From Felis catus (taxonomy: Eukaryota): a stretch of 64,000 nucleotides of DNA. Shown piece after piece: positions 1 through 14,217 of this stretch. Both the position numbers and the translations under genes were made by a program. The notes below the pieces were generated by a model. The model made no database searches. It was not told the origin of the DNA and saw only the letters and a program-made list of their open reading frames with translations. The stretch covers positions 174,346,001 to 174,410,000 of the forward strand of contig NC_058368.1 in the NCBI RefSeq assembly GCF_018350175.1, read 5' to 3'. How positions within the stretch are numbered: position 1 is the first letter of the stretch; every line of letters begins with the position of its first letter.

Positions 1-615
1 TTGAACATTCGACTTCAGCTCAGGACATGATCTCAGTTCATGAGTTCGAGCCCTGAATCAGGCTCGCTGCTGTTAGTATGGAGCCTGCTTTGGATCCTCT
101 GTGCCCCTTCTCTCTCTGCCCCTTCCCTGCTCATGTTCTTTCTCTCAAAAATAAATAAACATTACAAAAAAAGAAAATACTAAAAATTGCAAGAGACAAA
201 CATCACTCACAGTCACACACCACTGAGAGATAACCTGTTAGTCTTTGATGAATTTTTAAAAAGTACTTGAATGTATTATATGCGTATGTATATTAAAGCT
301 TTTTTTGTTATAAATGCATATTTATTATACAAAAGTACAAAGAAAAATTGTCCAGAATACTTACTACAGAAAACCCGGTAATATTTTGATACGTAATTAA
401 TCTTTTACTTTTAAATGTTTATTTCTTTATTTTGAGAGAGAGAAAGAGAAAGCATGCGCTGGTGAGGTACAGAGAGAGGGAGAGAGAGTCCCAAACAGGT
501 TCCGAGCTGTCAGAGCAGAGCCTGACCTGGGACTCGATCTCACGAACTGAGCTGAAATCAAGAGTCAACGCTTAACCAACTGAGCCACCCAGTCGCAAAA
601 ATAAATAAGCATTTA

Positions 616-650
<35 letters not shown>

Positions 651-655
651 ATACT
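1..655. mobile_element. Two Can-SINEs (plus strand 1-175, minus strand about 410-597) and (AAAT)n at about 615-652
   Basis: SINE head, CT tract and tail motifs. Confidence 0.88.
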
Positions 656-1465
656 GGAGTAATATGTTTCTTGGCAGCTGAGTAAACTCCACCTGTAAAA
701 CCACCTGGTTCTTGTGTTTACTTTGTAGGAAGAAGTTTAAATAATCCTTCTGCTTCCTTAATGGTGATATGCCAATTCAAACTTTCTAATGTTTTAGCAT
801 TGTTAACATTTTCTAGGAACCTGTCCGTGTGCCTGTTTCCAAATCTACTGGTGTAATGATGTCGGTAATATTCATTTACCTTTTTAGACTCTGCAAGGTC
901 TCTAGTTATACCTCTTTTTCGTTCACAACACGATTTGTTCCCATTGGCGTCACAAGATGACCATCCATTACTATTTCCAAAGAACCAACTTCTGACCTTT
1001 TGTTTCTGGGCCTACCTCCTTCCTTTCTCTTTCCCCGGAGTTTATTCTTTTTGTTCCTTTTTGAACTTCAGTTGGACATTTAGTGCATTGATTTTCAGGC
1101 ATTCTTCCTTTCTAACATAAACACTTAAAGCCAATCATTTCTCTCAGAGCAACGTTTTTGCTGCTTCCCACAAATTTTGATAAGGAGGTTTTTATTACTT
1201 CTTATTTGTACAGTAGAATGGGTAACTGTAACATATTTATACAACGGACTATTATATAGCAGTCAGGTAAATGAACTTAGCTACATGCAATAATGCGGAA
1301 GAATCTTAGCTGTAGGACATTGAATAAAAAAGAACGAATACCAGAAGACTCTACATAGTAATGACACCCTTGTCTAAAAAGTTCCCAAAGAGGCAAAACT
1401 AAACGTTAGTAATACATATATGTGTGTGTATATATACATTATATATATAAAATAAAAAATTTTAA

Positions 1466-1690
1466 GGGGCACCTGGGTGGCTCAGTCAGTTGAGCAGCCG
1501 ATTTCGGCTCAGGTCATGATCTCACGGTTCATGGGTCCACAGGCCCCGCGTCAGGTTCTGTGCTGACAGCTCAGAGCCTGGAGCCCACTTTGGATTCTGT
1601 GTCTCCCTCTCTCTCTGTCCCTCCCCTGCTTGTGCTCGGTCTCTCTCTAGGAGAAACATTAAAAAAAATTATTTTTTAAATAAATAAAAA
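1466..1690 (+). mobile_element. Can-SINE
   Basis: ggggcacctgggtggctcagtc head; TSD aaataaaaaattttaa. Confidence 0.92.
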
Positions 1691-3386
1691 ATAAAAAATT
1701 TTAAATGCAATTGTATGATAACTATGAAGTTCTGCATAATGGTTAAATCTGCAGAGGAGGCAGGGAAGAACCTACAAAAAGATGTAACTGACCGGTGATC
1801 TTTTTATTCATGAGTGGGCAGTGGGTGCACGGATGTTCACCGTATCATTAAAGTAAACAAAATAAAATAGGGTCATGCTTGGACCAATAAGAACAGTGTG
1901 TAAAGAACCAAGGAATAGGAGTAATCCTATTCTATGGAACTTATGAGTAAGAAACAGAAAGAAAAATAAGCAAATGTAGAAGCAAAAAAACCCCAGAGTG
2001 ATAAGCTTCATTTTTCGATAGGGGAACACAAGAGTGCCCTTGGTCTCCCAAATGTGGAAACCACGTACTCTCCAAGGACAGGTGACCTCATGGCACCAGT
2101 TGTTACAGAAAAACTTTGAAGGTCCATACCTAGAATTTAAATCAATCATAACAACAAATGTTAGAACAAATACAGTGTTTTTTCTCATAACACTTAAACA
2201 AAACCAAGGCCTATGTAAGGAGCTCCTTTATGGATTTTCAAATCCTTTAATCTCACAATTAGAAAAGCTGTATCTATTAAGGGTTTACTTTGTATCAGGT
2301 GCTCTCCTCGGCATCTGACATACACTATTTCTGAGTCACCGAGTACAAGGTCAACTGTTGGACACTGGTATATACCGGAGAAATAAACTTTTCTTGCGTT
2401 AAGCCCTGAGATTCTGGGGTTTGCACAAGTAAATAGGTATGATTAGCCCTCTTAGGAGATGGAAGAAAAATGCATCTGCCCTGGGCTTAGAAGAGGTTCT
2501 AAAGGTCCGGCCCTCTCCCAGGGGAGGGCAGGGCTCTAGGCATCCAAGTGGTACAAGGCTCCCTCTCCTGGAGATTTAGTGCCCTATTCAGTACCAGTAG
2601 GAGCCAAACACAGAAGTGAAAGAGCAGGTGAAAAGTGGAGTTCTCTCTCAGGTGGAGGGGACCTGATACAGTTAGTTCCAGAACACTTCATCAGGCTTTG
2701 AAAGCCTAGGGCATTAAAGACCGTACGTTTGAAGCCTGTCGGCCCGTGAAGGTGCCACGAAGGCAGCCGCAGCCTGGTAATCCTCAGACAAAAGCCAAAC
2801 AAGACGCTGCTCTCTGTGCTTTCATGTCAGACCAGGAGGAGGCTGAAGACCTAGATTTATCCGATGCCGATTTAATGCCCGTCAGTCCCGTTCTTACATC
2901 AAAAGCAGGATTGAAGGGTGGCCTGGGATGAAGGCACACGATAAGGCGTTTGAGGCGAAAAGCCAAGTAGGAAGAAGGGAAGCCAGTATACCAATCACTG
3001 AGACTAAGTGTGTGTGGCTGCTGTCCCTGGGGCGGATCTCAAATTCTAGTGCGTCTGCGTTACAGCTGCCATTTGCCAACGGACTGGGCGACCAGGAGCC
3101 GTATCTAAAGTTTTCTAAAAGCACACTTGTACCAGGAGTTAACGTGATTCTTACAAAAGAATAAAGCATTTTCAAATGTGATGGTAGAGCTGGATCAAGA
3201 GAGTTTTGAAATTAAGCAGGTGTGTGTTTGATTTCTGCCTCTGTCTTGTCCTTTGAGGGACGTGGCTTCATTCATCTTTGTGAATCTCAACGTCCATACA
3301 AATGAAATGGAACAGCAGCACCTGCGTCTTCAAATGGTTTTTAGGATTAAAGCTGGTGATCACTCCGAAGAATAGCAAATACATAC

Positions 3387-3434
3387 CTTTTCTGAGGAAA
3401 CAGAGCACAACACAGCGGCGTAGCAAACACCAAA
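3387..3434 (-). CDS. SFXN1: Sideroflexin-1 exon 10 (48 nt); terminal exon outside window
   Basis: LVFATPLCCALFPQK(S); long pyrimidine tract then an AAG| acceptor, AG|GTATG donor. Exons 2-10 sum to 872 nt with no stop. Confidence 0.95.
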
Positions 3435-3562
3435 CTTAGGAAAACGGAAAAGAAAAAGACAAGTCAGAGCCTTTCCAATGGCAACTTTCAGATCCTTTGT
3501 CTGTCTCACTTTTATAACGATCCTTCAAATATTACATTTCCTCCCAAAAAATACGTCCTGCT

Positions 3563-3770
3563 GGGGCGCCTGGGTGGCGCAGTCGGTTGAGCGTCCGACT
3601 TCAGCCAGGTCACGATCTCGCGGTCCGTGAGTTCGAGCCCCGCGTCAGGCTCTGGGCTGATGGCTCGGAGCCTGGAGCCTGTTTCCGATTCTGTGTCTCC
3701 CTCTCTCTCTGCCCCTCCCCCGTTCATGCTCTGTCTCTCTCTGTCCCAAAAATAAATAAACGTTGAAAAA
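3563..3770 (+). mobile_element. Young SINEC_Fc Can-SINE in SFXN1 intron 9
   Basis: tRNA-derived head, CT tract and A tail, CpGs intact; perfect TSD aaaaaatacgtcctg at 3546-3560 and 3771-3785. Confidence 0.97.
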
Positions 3771-4065
3771 AAAAAATACGTCCTGTTTATGTAATTTTAT
3801 CACCAGGGACTGTCAAAATAAGTTTAAAAAAAATCAGAGAAATATCCAGAACTTAAAAAAGAATCACACAGAGTCCCAAATGTTGTAGGTTTCCCTTTGC
3901 TTCTATCCAGTTGTTGGGACCATAAGTGCCCTAAGTTCCGGGATCTGTTCTGGGTCTCACTTTCAAAACCTGTGTCTCACATTATCTACCCATTGCTTTG
4001 CCTTTCTTATGCTGTGTATTTACCTACAGAAAGGAAATTAAGTATGTAAAAGTGATTCCACTCAC

Positions 4066-4115
4066 CAAAAGCCAACTAATCCAACTTGAATAGGTGCACT
4101 CATCCACGGGAACCT
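4066..4115 (-). CDS. SFXN1: Sideroflexin-1 exon 9 (50 nt)
   Basis: RFPWMSAPIQVGLVGF(C); cacag| acceptor, TG|GTGAG donor. Confidence 0.95.
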
Positions 4116-5689
4116 CTGTGTGGAGAAATAAATTACTTTGAATGTTTTTTATACAGGTTCTTCGAGACAATTTCTCCTGATTAGCGGGAAGGAAACTCTC
4201 CACACTACAAGACCCAGATTAGTGAAATGTGGGGGGAACACTGCAGCAGGCACGTTAGTTCTGACTTCCTGCAGCCTCCTTGATCTGTCAGTAAATGCCC
4301 ATGCAGAGATCAAGTGGCTTCTCATGTTTTTCTCTTGCACATATAATCTGAGAGATGCTTGGCTCTAAACAGGTGGAGAAATCATTACCATTTAATTGTA
4401 ATTCACCTCTTGGCTGGGGAGGCTATACAGCCTGGTGTCAAGGCTGGAAGACAAACTAACCTGTACTCAAATCTCTGCCCTGCCAGTTCGCTCCTGACAG
4501 TGGGGGAAAGACAGACAGAGCCCAAGCGCTCCAAGCTTTTGGTTTTCTCGTCTGCAAAACGAGGATCACAGCGGGTTTCCCAACAGTGAATGAGAGAAGA
4601 TATGTCAGGTCTCGGTCATAAGGCACCTAGAACGGTGCCTGGAACGTAGCAGAAACCCAACATTTCCCTCCTCCCCTGCATCTTCCCTTTCTTGTTTTTA
4701 GTTGCTGTCAATATGGTTGAAACTATTGCTGGCACAGAAAACTTGTGCCTTTCACTTTTTTTTTTTTTAAATGGAAACGAAGCAGTTGGTTGGTCTTTCA
4801 GAGAATAAGCAGTTAGCTTTTTAGTTTTCCAAAAGGAGTGGTACCAAAAAACACAATATAAAGAACGGTGGGGTATATGGTTATAGAAACAAGGCCACTG
4901 AAACGTCTGCAACCAAGTTGTGAACCGGTCGTTATGAAATCAGCCAACTTAGTGAAGAGTCAACACAAGCTGTTAAAAAAATCAGGACCCCCAAGATGCT
5001 TGCATGAGAGGCATACCCTCGTCCCCGAGAAGACTCCTCTGGAGAACAGGTACATCACGCAGGGTAGTGCGGGGGGGAGAGAGGCATGTACTAGAGAGGA
5101 AGGGAGAAATGTCATCAAGAGAGGACACACCCACCCCTCCAAGGACAGTAAGAAAAGGACACACGGTATCTTGGGCAACTGGCTTGGAGCGATGATGGAT
5201 ATTCCTCAGGAGATGTAAACCCTCGCCCTGGCACTGCCCAGACTTGTGACGTCCGCGCTGGCTGACAGGAAGGCAAGCTCAGCAAGGAGATTTTGTGAAG
5301 GATGAACTTGAGCCCCTGAGAGCGGCCTTCTTATTTCAAGTGGACTCTTGTCTGAAGCGAAGGGGGCTAACCTATTAAACCAGGGAGCAGCTGCAAGTAA
5401 TCTCCAAGGACGTGTGCAAGTGAGAGGCCGACTGTGCCTCATGCCAATGGTTTCCATGGAAAGGCTCTCGGTAGTGACAAGGATCCTGGAGAACTCTGAC
5501 TTCATCCAACCTGGATGTCATCCTCTCTCCTGACTCCTCTCCAGCACCCCGTCCGCTCAACTCATCCCCACTTTTTAAACAGCACTTAGCCTGAGACTCA
5601 GGGAGCTGTGGATGTTTGGTCCTCCCTCATATGCTCCCACACCTCAAACTGTGCCAACAGAGGCTATCTTAAATAATAGTTTCAATGAA

Positions 5690-6965
5690 TTAGAGACACT
5701 ACCCATCAATTTAAAAGGTATATATTCATGAGGCCAATGTGCAAAAAGTTAGTATGACTCTAAAATCTTCCCTCCGCCAGGATCGTGATCTTTTCCCCAA
5801 CAGCTTTACTGACTTATGGTAAAACGCACATATTTGATGTGTAAAGTTTTGATACATGTATTTGGCTGAGAAGCCATCACGACGATCAAGATAATGAACA
5901 TATCCTTCCATCCCTAATGCTTTCCTTGTGCCTTGTGCCCTTGGCGATTTCTCTTTCTGAAACCCCGCACCCCATTCCCTGGCAACCTCTGATCTCTCGT
6001 CACTATGTATCAGTTTATATTTTCCAGCATTTTATGTACAGAATATATTCTTTTGTGTAATCATTTTGAGGTTCATTCAGGTTGCTGCACGTTATCAATA
6101 GTTCATTACGTTTGCTTGCTGAGTTAGGTATTCTATTGCATGGATACAGCACAACTTGATAATCTATTCTCTTGCTGATGACCATCTGGGTTGTTTCTGG
6201 TTTTTGGAGATTGCAAATGAAAATAAAGCTGCTGTGAACATCCGTCTTTTATAGACACATGCTTTCATTTCTCCGAGGTAAACACCTAGGAGTGACATGG
6301 CTGGGTCAGGTGGTAAACATCTGTTTCGCTTTTTAAGAAACTACCAAACTATTTTCCAAAGTGGTTGTACTGGTTTTCATTCCCACTAGCAGGATATGAG
6401 AGTTCCAGTTTCTCCACATTGCCACCGACATTGGCTATGGTCAGTCTTTTTGACTTTAGCCACTCCTGGAGGTGTTTAGCGGTAGCTCATGTAGTTTTGA
6501 CGTGAATTTCCCCAGTAACTAAAGACACTGAGCATGTATGTGTACATAAACACATACATACATGTATATATATGTATATATGTATATATTTGGGGAAATG
6601 TCTGTTCAAACCTTTTGCTCATTTTTTTAAATTGGGTTGTTTTCTTGAACGCATGTTGAAGGCTCTTCATATCTTCTGTATAGAAGTCCTTTACCAGATA
6701 CAGGCTTGCCTAGATTTTCTCCCGGTCTGTTTGCCTTTTCAAAACTATAAAGTTTGCAAAAAACAGAACTTTATCATTTTCATGAAGTCCAGTGTATCCA
6801 TTTTTCTTTTATGGACTGTGCCTTTGCTGCTGTGTCTAAGAAATCTTGGCCAAACTCTCAGTCTCAAGGATGGCCTCTTCTATATTTTGCCAGAAATTTT
6901 ACAGTTGTAGATTTTTACGTTTAGAGTCTATGAACCATGGGGAGTTAATTTTTATATATGGTACA
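5690..6965 (-). mobile_element. Old L1M (ORF2 end / 3'UTR) fragment
   Basis: Typical reverse L1M text (aaactaccaaactattttccaaagtggttgtac, ttcatgaagtccagtgtatccatttt). Confidence 0.7.
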
Positions 6966-9900
6966 GTCAATTCCCTATACATAGCCCACAACCTGGCCAT
7001 CTGGAAGTTTCCTAATAAGCCATGCTGTGTGTCCTCTCTGAGCTTCTGTGGACCATGTATCCTTGGCCACCATTCAAGTCTCTGCCCACCTCCTGCATTT
7101 GGGGGAGACATTTCTAATCCCTCTGTGCTGCATTCTGTAATCACCAAGTGTTGGAACCACTGCCTTGTGCCTCTTCCTGTCACTGTGCTTTCTGGCTGTT
7201 GACAGCAGGGCTCTGTCTCTATGACTCAATTACCCAGCACACTGCTTGGATTGTAACAGGGCATTCAGCAAAGGGCTGCTGAGTAAATACATGAGTGAAT
7301 GAACAAATAAATGCTACACTCACACTTAATTAACAGAAAATCCTGAAAATACACTGAGTAGACAGAGCTGTCCACCTTTGTTAAAAGGAATAAGGAAGAA
7401 GCAGAACTAAGGGATGAGGAACTATTATCTGATCTAAACCATAGTAACTTTATTTATTCCTAATGAAAGTGCCAGCAAGGTAAAGAGGCCACAGGAGTTA
7501 TTCTTCAAGAATACCATTCTTCAAAGTGCCAGATTTTAGGCAGTGAACTTTCTGATTTACTGCAAAGGTTTCTGTGAGTCACCTGCCCACAGCCGATGCT
7601 TTTTTCTAGCTAGCACTCCACTTGGAAAAAGATAAGGCGTAGGGGGGAGGGATGAGTCATACCGAATGCTCCCCAGGCTCACCATTAAAAAAGCCAAGAA
7701 TGTCCAATTCGTGTCATGTTGGCAGAGGAGTTTGGTCATGTCCAAGGTAAAAGCCCAGGCAAGTGCATCCTTACAGAGGGGCACATGCGGCCGCTAGAGC
7801 TGTGGGAACAAACAGGGGGCCAGGCGAGGCAGACATCACCCACATGGACGATACGAGCTGCTGAAAAATGATCTCTGGAACCTCTGTGAAAGGAGCATGG
7901 TAAAGCTTGCCTTTCAAGATGCACACGAAAGCGCTCAGAAGACGGAAACGTATGGCTATTAACACAAGCCACCTCTGCCTATGGTTTAGTAGCAGCTACA
8001 CTATCCCTTCAGTCCCGTGGGAACTCTCTACTGCGCAAAATGCAGTCCTTCAGCCTAACAGCAACCCTGCACTCTTTCGGGGAGTGGAATGTGTGTATGA
8101 ATAGCTCAACATTTAGCCACTGCTTTTTCAAAGCAACGTCCTCCCCTGGGGTCTGAAGGGGTGCAGCCACAACCAGACCCCCGGTAGCTAGTGAGACCCT
8201 GGGACTGATCCATGAGCTACTCTGACCGCCTCTCCCAACCTCACCCTGGGGATCTGCAACCGGTGGCCTCTGCCAGCTCCAGGTGAGGGGCGGAGGGGCG
8301 GAGGGGCGGAGGGGCAGGCTGGGGAGAGGGGCAGGCAGAGGGCTTCTCCATGAAGGACGTGTGAGGTGGCACACCTCCAAATTACTATTAAGTACATGAT
8401 ATCGAGCGAAGCTAAAAACCGCAAACTGAGGTGGGGGAGGAAAACAAAATACGTATTCATTTATTAACGTGAAAAAGCCTAAAAGAGAGTGGCAATGGGG
8501 GGTTAACTGCCTGGATCATTTGCTGCTTCTTTCATGTAGAAAATGCTGTTAGGCCGTAACAAGAAAATGATGCAATATGCACGACTACGTCCCCTGTCCA
8601 GTGTTTGTCACTCAGAGTAACTACGGCAACTTTTCCAACGATGCCGAGACCCCAGGAGTGCCAAGGCACGACTGAACTGGGAGAATGATGTACCAGCCTC
8701 ACTTCCATGCGTTTTCTCCAGTGAGCTAGCTTTTCAGCATTAACACAGCTTCCAAGGCAGACTTTCCTTGAGAATTTCTGGGATCCCTAGCCACGATCGG
8801 GATACGCGTCAGCAGCCGCAGTGCGCCACGTGCCCCCAGGCTGCAGCGAGACTCTGCAGAATCGAGTCCCACCCGCGGTGGACGCAGCGAGACTCGGAGC
8901 CCCTGCTCCAGAGCCAGGCTGCCGAGATTCTTCTGCTGGGTGGCCTTTGAGAGACAGAGAGAAGAGGACGGGAGGGCTTCGGCAGTGGGGATGCCGTCAC
9001 TGAAGGTGGCCTCCCAACAGCTTTCACAGTCACCTGCAGATTCGTGACAATCATAACCTGGTGACACGATCGGCAGAATGAGCCACACTGGTGACCCGTC
9101 TCTTACGAAAGCGTCACTTTTATCGTCAGACGAACTACGTAAGATGACAGCTTCCAAGTCTTGTAACCAACCTAGAAATCTGGTCTTGCTTTAAAAACCT
9201 GATTGTTTCTTCAGTTCAGCAGGAGTGGGGGGTTAGATTTATTTTGATCCTCCACTGCTCCTGAAGTTGGCACGCCAAGACCTTAGGAGCTATCAACCAG
9301 GCAGAGCCAAAAAGGCTGCCTGGGCCGACGTATGCCCTTGCAGAAACAGTGGGATCCTAATGCCTTCCCAGAGCAAGAGCCGGCAGAGAAGAACACAGGG
9401 CATCAATTCAACGTCTGCAAAGTTAGGCATGTACTGGATGGGCCACTCACCACTAGCACCCTGAAGAGTGATGTTGAAAAACCCCGTTTAAATGAACGTG
9501 ATAGGTGTTTTCCTTCAAAGCCGAAATCACTTCCCATAAGTAAAGCGGGGATCGACAGAAAAAGGAGCACTGCATTAGTTTTTGAAAAGCACTGAGATGT
9601 CAAAGCTGATGAATTCCAGATGTGTATATAATCTGGTAGTTTTAGGATACAGTCACTGTTCAAGTACATAAACTAACCCGTTAGCAGCTTTTAAGAGTCC
9701 ATCTTCTCTAAGCTTTGCACCAGAAGGAGAGATGGGCAAATTTTTTTCATTAATTCTTAAAATAACAGCTTAGTGAAGTAGGTAAAATGTCACGTGAATC
9801 CACAATGACATTTTGGTCTATACCGATAGCTTTACTGCTTAAATACATACATACACATATATAGACAGATATAGATAGATGTCTATATCTATATATATTA

Positions 9901-11112
9901 GAACTGTTTTGTATCTGGGGACAGTTCAATGGCTACAGGGCCACCATGACACGCTATTGTACAATTCATACTGACGTGCAAGACTGCTGTGGGAGGGTGC
10001 TCAGGGAATACAACTCTTTCATGTGCCCACAGCTCCCAAGAAAGAATACGAGAGAAGGTGCTGGAGAGAGGGTCCCCTTTCCCTAACATGGGGTTGGTGC
10101 AGGGACAGGCCACAGCCTGGGTACGTGGGTCAAATGAGGCACTCGACGTTACTGTCTCCTCACGGCATACTTTCTGGTTTCCTTCTCTAAGAACATAATT
10201 GTATCGCAAGTGTTTATGAAGTGTTCACTTAGTGGTGACTGTAGCTTTCCTCCTGGGGCCCGTTAGAATTCTCCTAATCGTGAGATTAGGATTAGGAAAC
10301 CACTCAGGAAGTGTTTGGCCTGTGAACTAGGTCCTTTTCCAAAGCTTTATCGTGTCTCTTCGATGTTACATTTCTGTTTCTAAGACCCAAAACGATTCAC
10401 CCCAAGACAGCTGCGGTCTTCCCCACAAGACACTTGTTCCTTCAGCAAGGAGCCTGCCTCCTTTCTCCTGGTAGATGTAACAAAGCCACTTTCCAAACCG
10501 CATGAGCCACGAGTCACCCGATTCTACCATATCCCAATTGTTAAAGCACCGGAAAATGAAGACGATGCGTGAACACTATTGCTTTAAACCGCGGATGCTA
10601 CAAACAGCAGTGTAGGAGCATCGAGAGTCCTCGGTCACAGTTTCATCCTGTGATGTTTTCAGACCTTGAAGGGAGGTGGCTGAGAGACTAATGAATTACT
10701 AGATATGATCACCAAAGAAAAATACACGGGGCACTATATTCAGGGTTCAACAAAGCTACTACTCCAAATGACGTTTCCATTTCCGGTAGTCGGCATAGTG
10801 ACCTATCAACACATCACCCCAAATTCACACCATGTCTTCATTATCACCTAGCTAGGCATCCCAGTGATGACGAGGATGAGTGTCTCACTCATCCCGAGGG
10901 TGTGACCTCTCGAGAAGTGAGCAGCCACCTTCCATGTATGAAAGCTTTTTCAAATATCTGAGATCACAAGTAAAATGTTCCTCGAAACATCTTTTTAGTT
11001 ACGTAAGTGCCCAAGTGCCAACGGCCTTCAAACTCTTTACTCGCTGTGTAGGAAATATTCTGCACAGTTTGAAATCCGAAAGGGTTGAGGCAGAGATAGA
11101 AGTGGGGCTTAC

Positions 11113-11162
11113 CTTTAGGAAGGCTTTCTTCTCCAAAGTGTTCATGATAAATGGAGGGATGG
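11113..11162 (-). CDS. SFXN1: Sideroflexin-1 exon 8 (50 nt)
   Basis: (A)IPPFIMNTLEKKAFLK; ttgcag| acceptor, AAG|GTAAG donor. Confidence 0.96.
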
Positions 11163-13048
11163 CTGCAAGTAAAGACAGATCCACCTAAGTCTTAATATTT
11201 ATTTTCAGCTTACGTTTTTTTCAACAATTTCACAAAACACTTATGTCACTTTTAGGCTATTTTCACTGGCACAGTGCAATTATTTGCAGTAATTCTTTAA
11301 AATACTTTAGTATTTAAAAAAGATTTTAAAAATAATGTGATGGTCTTTACCAGCCAGAAAATTTTATAATCTTGAAGGGAACTTTAGATTTTACTTTAAG
11401 TATGCAATAGTACACATATCAGGAACTTTTTTCTCCTGTGTTAATAAAACACATGCAACCTCCCCCAGGCATCCATCCCACGTGGGGGGAGAAAAAAGAG
11501 AAAAAAGAAAAAAAGATTCCTGCCTTGAGTGACCCTAGAAAAGTTACCTAACTTCTCTGAGCCTCCGCTTTCTGTTTTCCTCATTGATAAAGTGGAGAAA
11601 ATTCTATCAAACTGGCTGTGACGGTCAGACACAATGATGCACATAAAACTTCGGGGAGTGGTAGTTCATTTATTATTTACTCACAATTTCCGTCAGACTA
11701 AACTGTCACGTCAACCACTTCAATATGGCAATTACCTCTATAGATTTCACTGGGAAAGAAAGATTGTGTTTCTCCTCTGGGGACCAAATAATGTTTAAAA
11801 TAACCAAGCCTCTAGAAATAGATCTGTTGGGCTGGCTGAACTCCAAAGGGGAGCCTTGTATTTCAAAATGAGAAAGAATAAAACTAAAATCAAACACAGA
11901 TACGGGACAGAAGCAGGAGTTGCAAGCTTGATTTTGGCAAATCTGGAAATCCGGGCTCAGCGGGCGCGTTGGGGAGGGCGCCGCGGCCCCTCGTAGGTTG
12001 GGGACAGTGTGTTGGTGCCAGACTCGGGGGGACTCTTGGCCTGTTTCAGGACTGCGGTTTCCACAGTGCACCCACCTCCAGAGCATACACTGCTGTCTCG
12101 TGAGGGTGCCACGAGGGTGCCTCTGTTGAATGAATTAATGGTGGCGAAATCGGATAATCCCAATTGGCTGGGATGCCACTACCATGTTCCTCAGAGTTTT
12201 CCTTCAGGCCCTTTTCTTCTTCAACTTTTGCTGCCTACTCCTACTTATCCCCTGATGAGATTCACAATGACAAAATGAACTTAAAGACAACAAAATATAC
12301 TAGTGGGACAACCTGACAGCAGTTGATTAAGTAAGTAGGCTTCCCCTGAGAGCCTGGTTAATAGCCAAGTGCTTTCTGCATTCAGTTTACATGATGAAAT
12401 TAATCATACGAGTTTCCATTTGCTGCTGTAAACAGCACTAGACCTTCCAGACCATCTGGTTTCTGAGTAAGTCTGAGAATCTTCTCTCGGCCTTTGGTCT
12501 GAGGGTAGCTCTAGAAAGCCCTAGGAGTGGCCCAGAGTTTCTCAGAGGAGCTAAACACAATGCAGATTGTGGCTGGCGCTTGTGTTGACTCCAAGCCCTG
12601 CGAACAAAACTGAGTAGAAGCTTGGTGCACATCTTAAGAGCTGCTCTAACCATCCCGACTTGGTGTGTGTTCTAAAGGGTCTCCAACTGATACAAATCAA
12701 CCTCCAGCAGAAATTATTCTGATTCAAGAACTTTTCGAAGTTTCTTTTTAAGAGTGAAGAAAATCAAATTCTTTGCCTTCAGGTTCTCATAACCCATACT
12801 GTCACCGCCCAGGTCCACACCTGTCCCCAACACTGGTCTGCTGTGGTGGGCCAGCTTCCCGGCCAGTCTCCCCCACCATCCCACCACCACCGCTGGCTCC
12901 CTCTGGCCTCCACACGGCACCCACAGCACCCCCACAGCGCCAGGCGTCGTGCAGCAAAAGCCTAAGAAAGATGACCCCACGCCCCTGCCCAAACTGCCCC
13001 GTGGCCCCTCAGACTACAGTCAGGCCTCGCTGACTGAGAGCTACTAAC

Positions 13049-13176
13049 CCATGCCCGGGGCTGCCATGAGGATCCTGGAGACGACCACCTGTGTGATGGC
13101 CTGTTTTGCAGCATTGGCCGACTCGCCCAAGCGGTTCCCATTCTCGTCTGTGACGGGAATGCCGACTTTGAGTTCC
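13049..13176 (-). CDS. SFXN1: Sideroflexin-1 exon 7 (128 nt)
   Basis: ELKVGIPVTDENGNRLGESANAAKQAITQVVVSRILMAAPGM; ggcag| acceptor, G|GTTAG donor. Confidence 0.96.
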
Positions 13177-14131
13177 CTGCCGAGCAAAACACACGCAAAG
13201 AGGTTCACAGACGCCCTCTCGTGAAAAGGCTGGAAACAGCACTGTGCTGTGGAAGATCAAGTCCCCACTTAAGCCAACTAGCCACTCAGGTGTCATTTTT
13301 GGCACTAAGGGGCCTGTTTTCAAATACCACGGACAAGTTGTATGACGGGCACAAAAGTAAAATAACACTAGCGAACTCCATTACAGAAAGTATCTCGTTT
13401 TTAGTAACAATAGGACTCAAAGGGCAAGTATGCTAACTTAAAGATAAAGCTAATTCCTATGCTCACGTGCAAACCTGAGCAACTCTCCAAATGAGAGACA
13501 CATATATGATATGTGCCATCACTAACCTAACTGCCTAGACTGACGTAGGACTCGTTAGTACGTGGCACTACTGGGTATTTAACTCTAGTTACTAACACTA
13601 AAAGTACAGCTCCTATTTGTTACCCTTCCTCGTTATCCATTCCAAACTGCTTTTCCTTGTCCTTTCTTCTCTCCTAATTTTTTGCCAGTGCTATAAAATA
13701 CTTTCAAAAATAGACATGAATATTATTTTAAAGCCAAGAAGATGGTTCTGGGCTGTGGTGGGGGAGAACCTATTTTAGAGAATACATTTTCAGTGCAGAG
13801 ACCTTCTCTGCCTAGCCCTAGCACAAACATTATGTTAGCTTGAGATCCTCGTTTTAAACGTTTTACTACACAGAAGCAGAAAGAATATTCTATCCCTCCA
13901 CATGTCCACAGCCTACTTTAGTAACTAGCAGGTCATGGCTAAGCTTGCTTCATTAATGGACCCATCTCCGCGCCCGTGACGGATTATGCTGAAGCAAACC
14001 CCACGTCTCCCGTAGTCTCCCGTAATTCCGTCTGCAAAGATTAACATGAACTTGTAATAAAAGTTCCGACAAAACTAATTATTCCAAGCGGTCAAGCACC
14101 AGTCCTTTCGACGACTGCACGTGGATCTTAC

Positions 14132-14217
14132 CTTTGCCTCATTAACGGGATATTAATGCAATTAGCAGCAGCTACCGCAGCAAAGGGAACAAAACGTCCT
14201 ATGAGTGGTGAGACGTG
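14132..14217 (-). CDS. SFXN1: Sideroflexin-1 exon 6 (86 nt)
   Basis: [28 protein letters not shown](R); ctgcag| acceptor, AG|GTAAG donor. Confidence 0.97.

Noticed and set aside
1..3386. SFXN1 terminal exon not found
   Set aside because: Most simply it lies beyond the left edge; no evidence of truncation.
8726..9157. 143-aa ORF, also 33560-33994, 39961-40167 and 52981-53463
   Set aside because: No recognisable homology or exon structure; lengths are compatible with chance.
12922..12941. REST/RE1-like cagcacc..acagcgcc, plus half-sites near 61080 and 62537
   Set aside because: Wrong spacing and missing GG core, or only a half-site.
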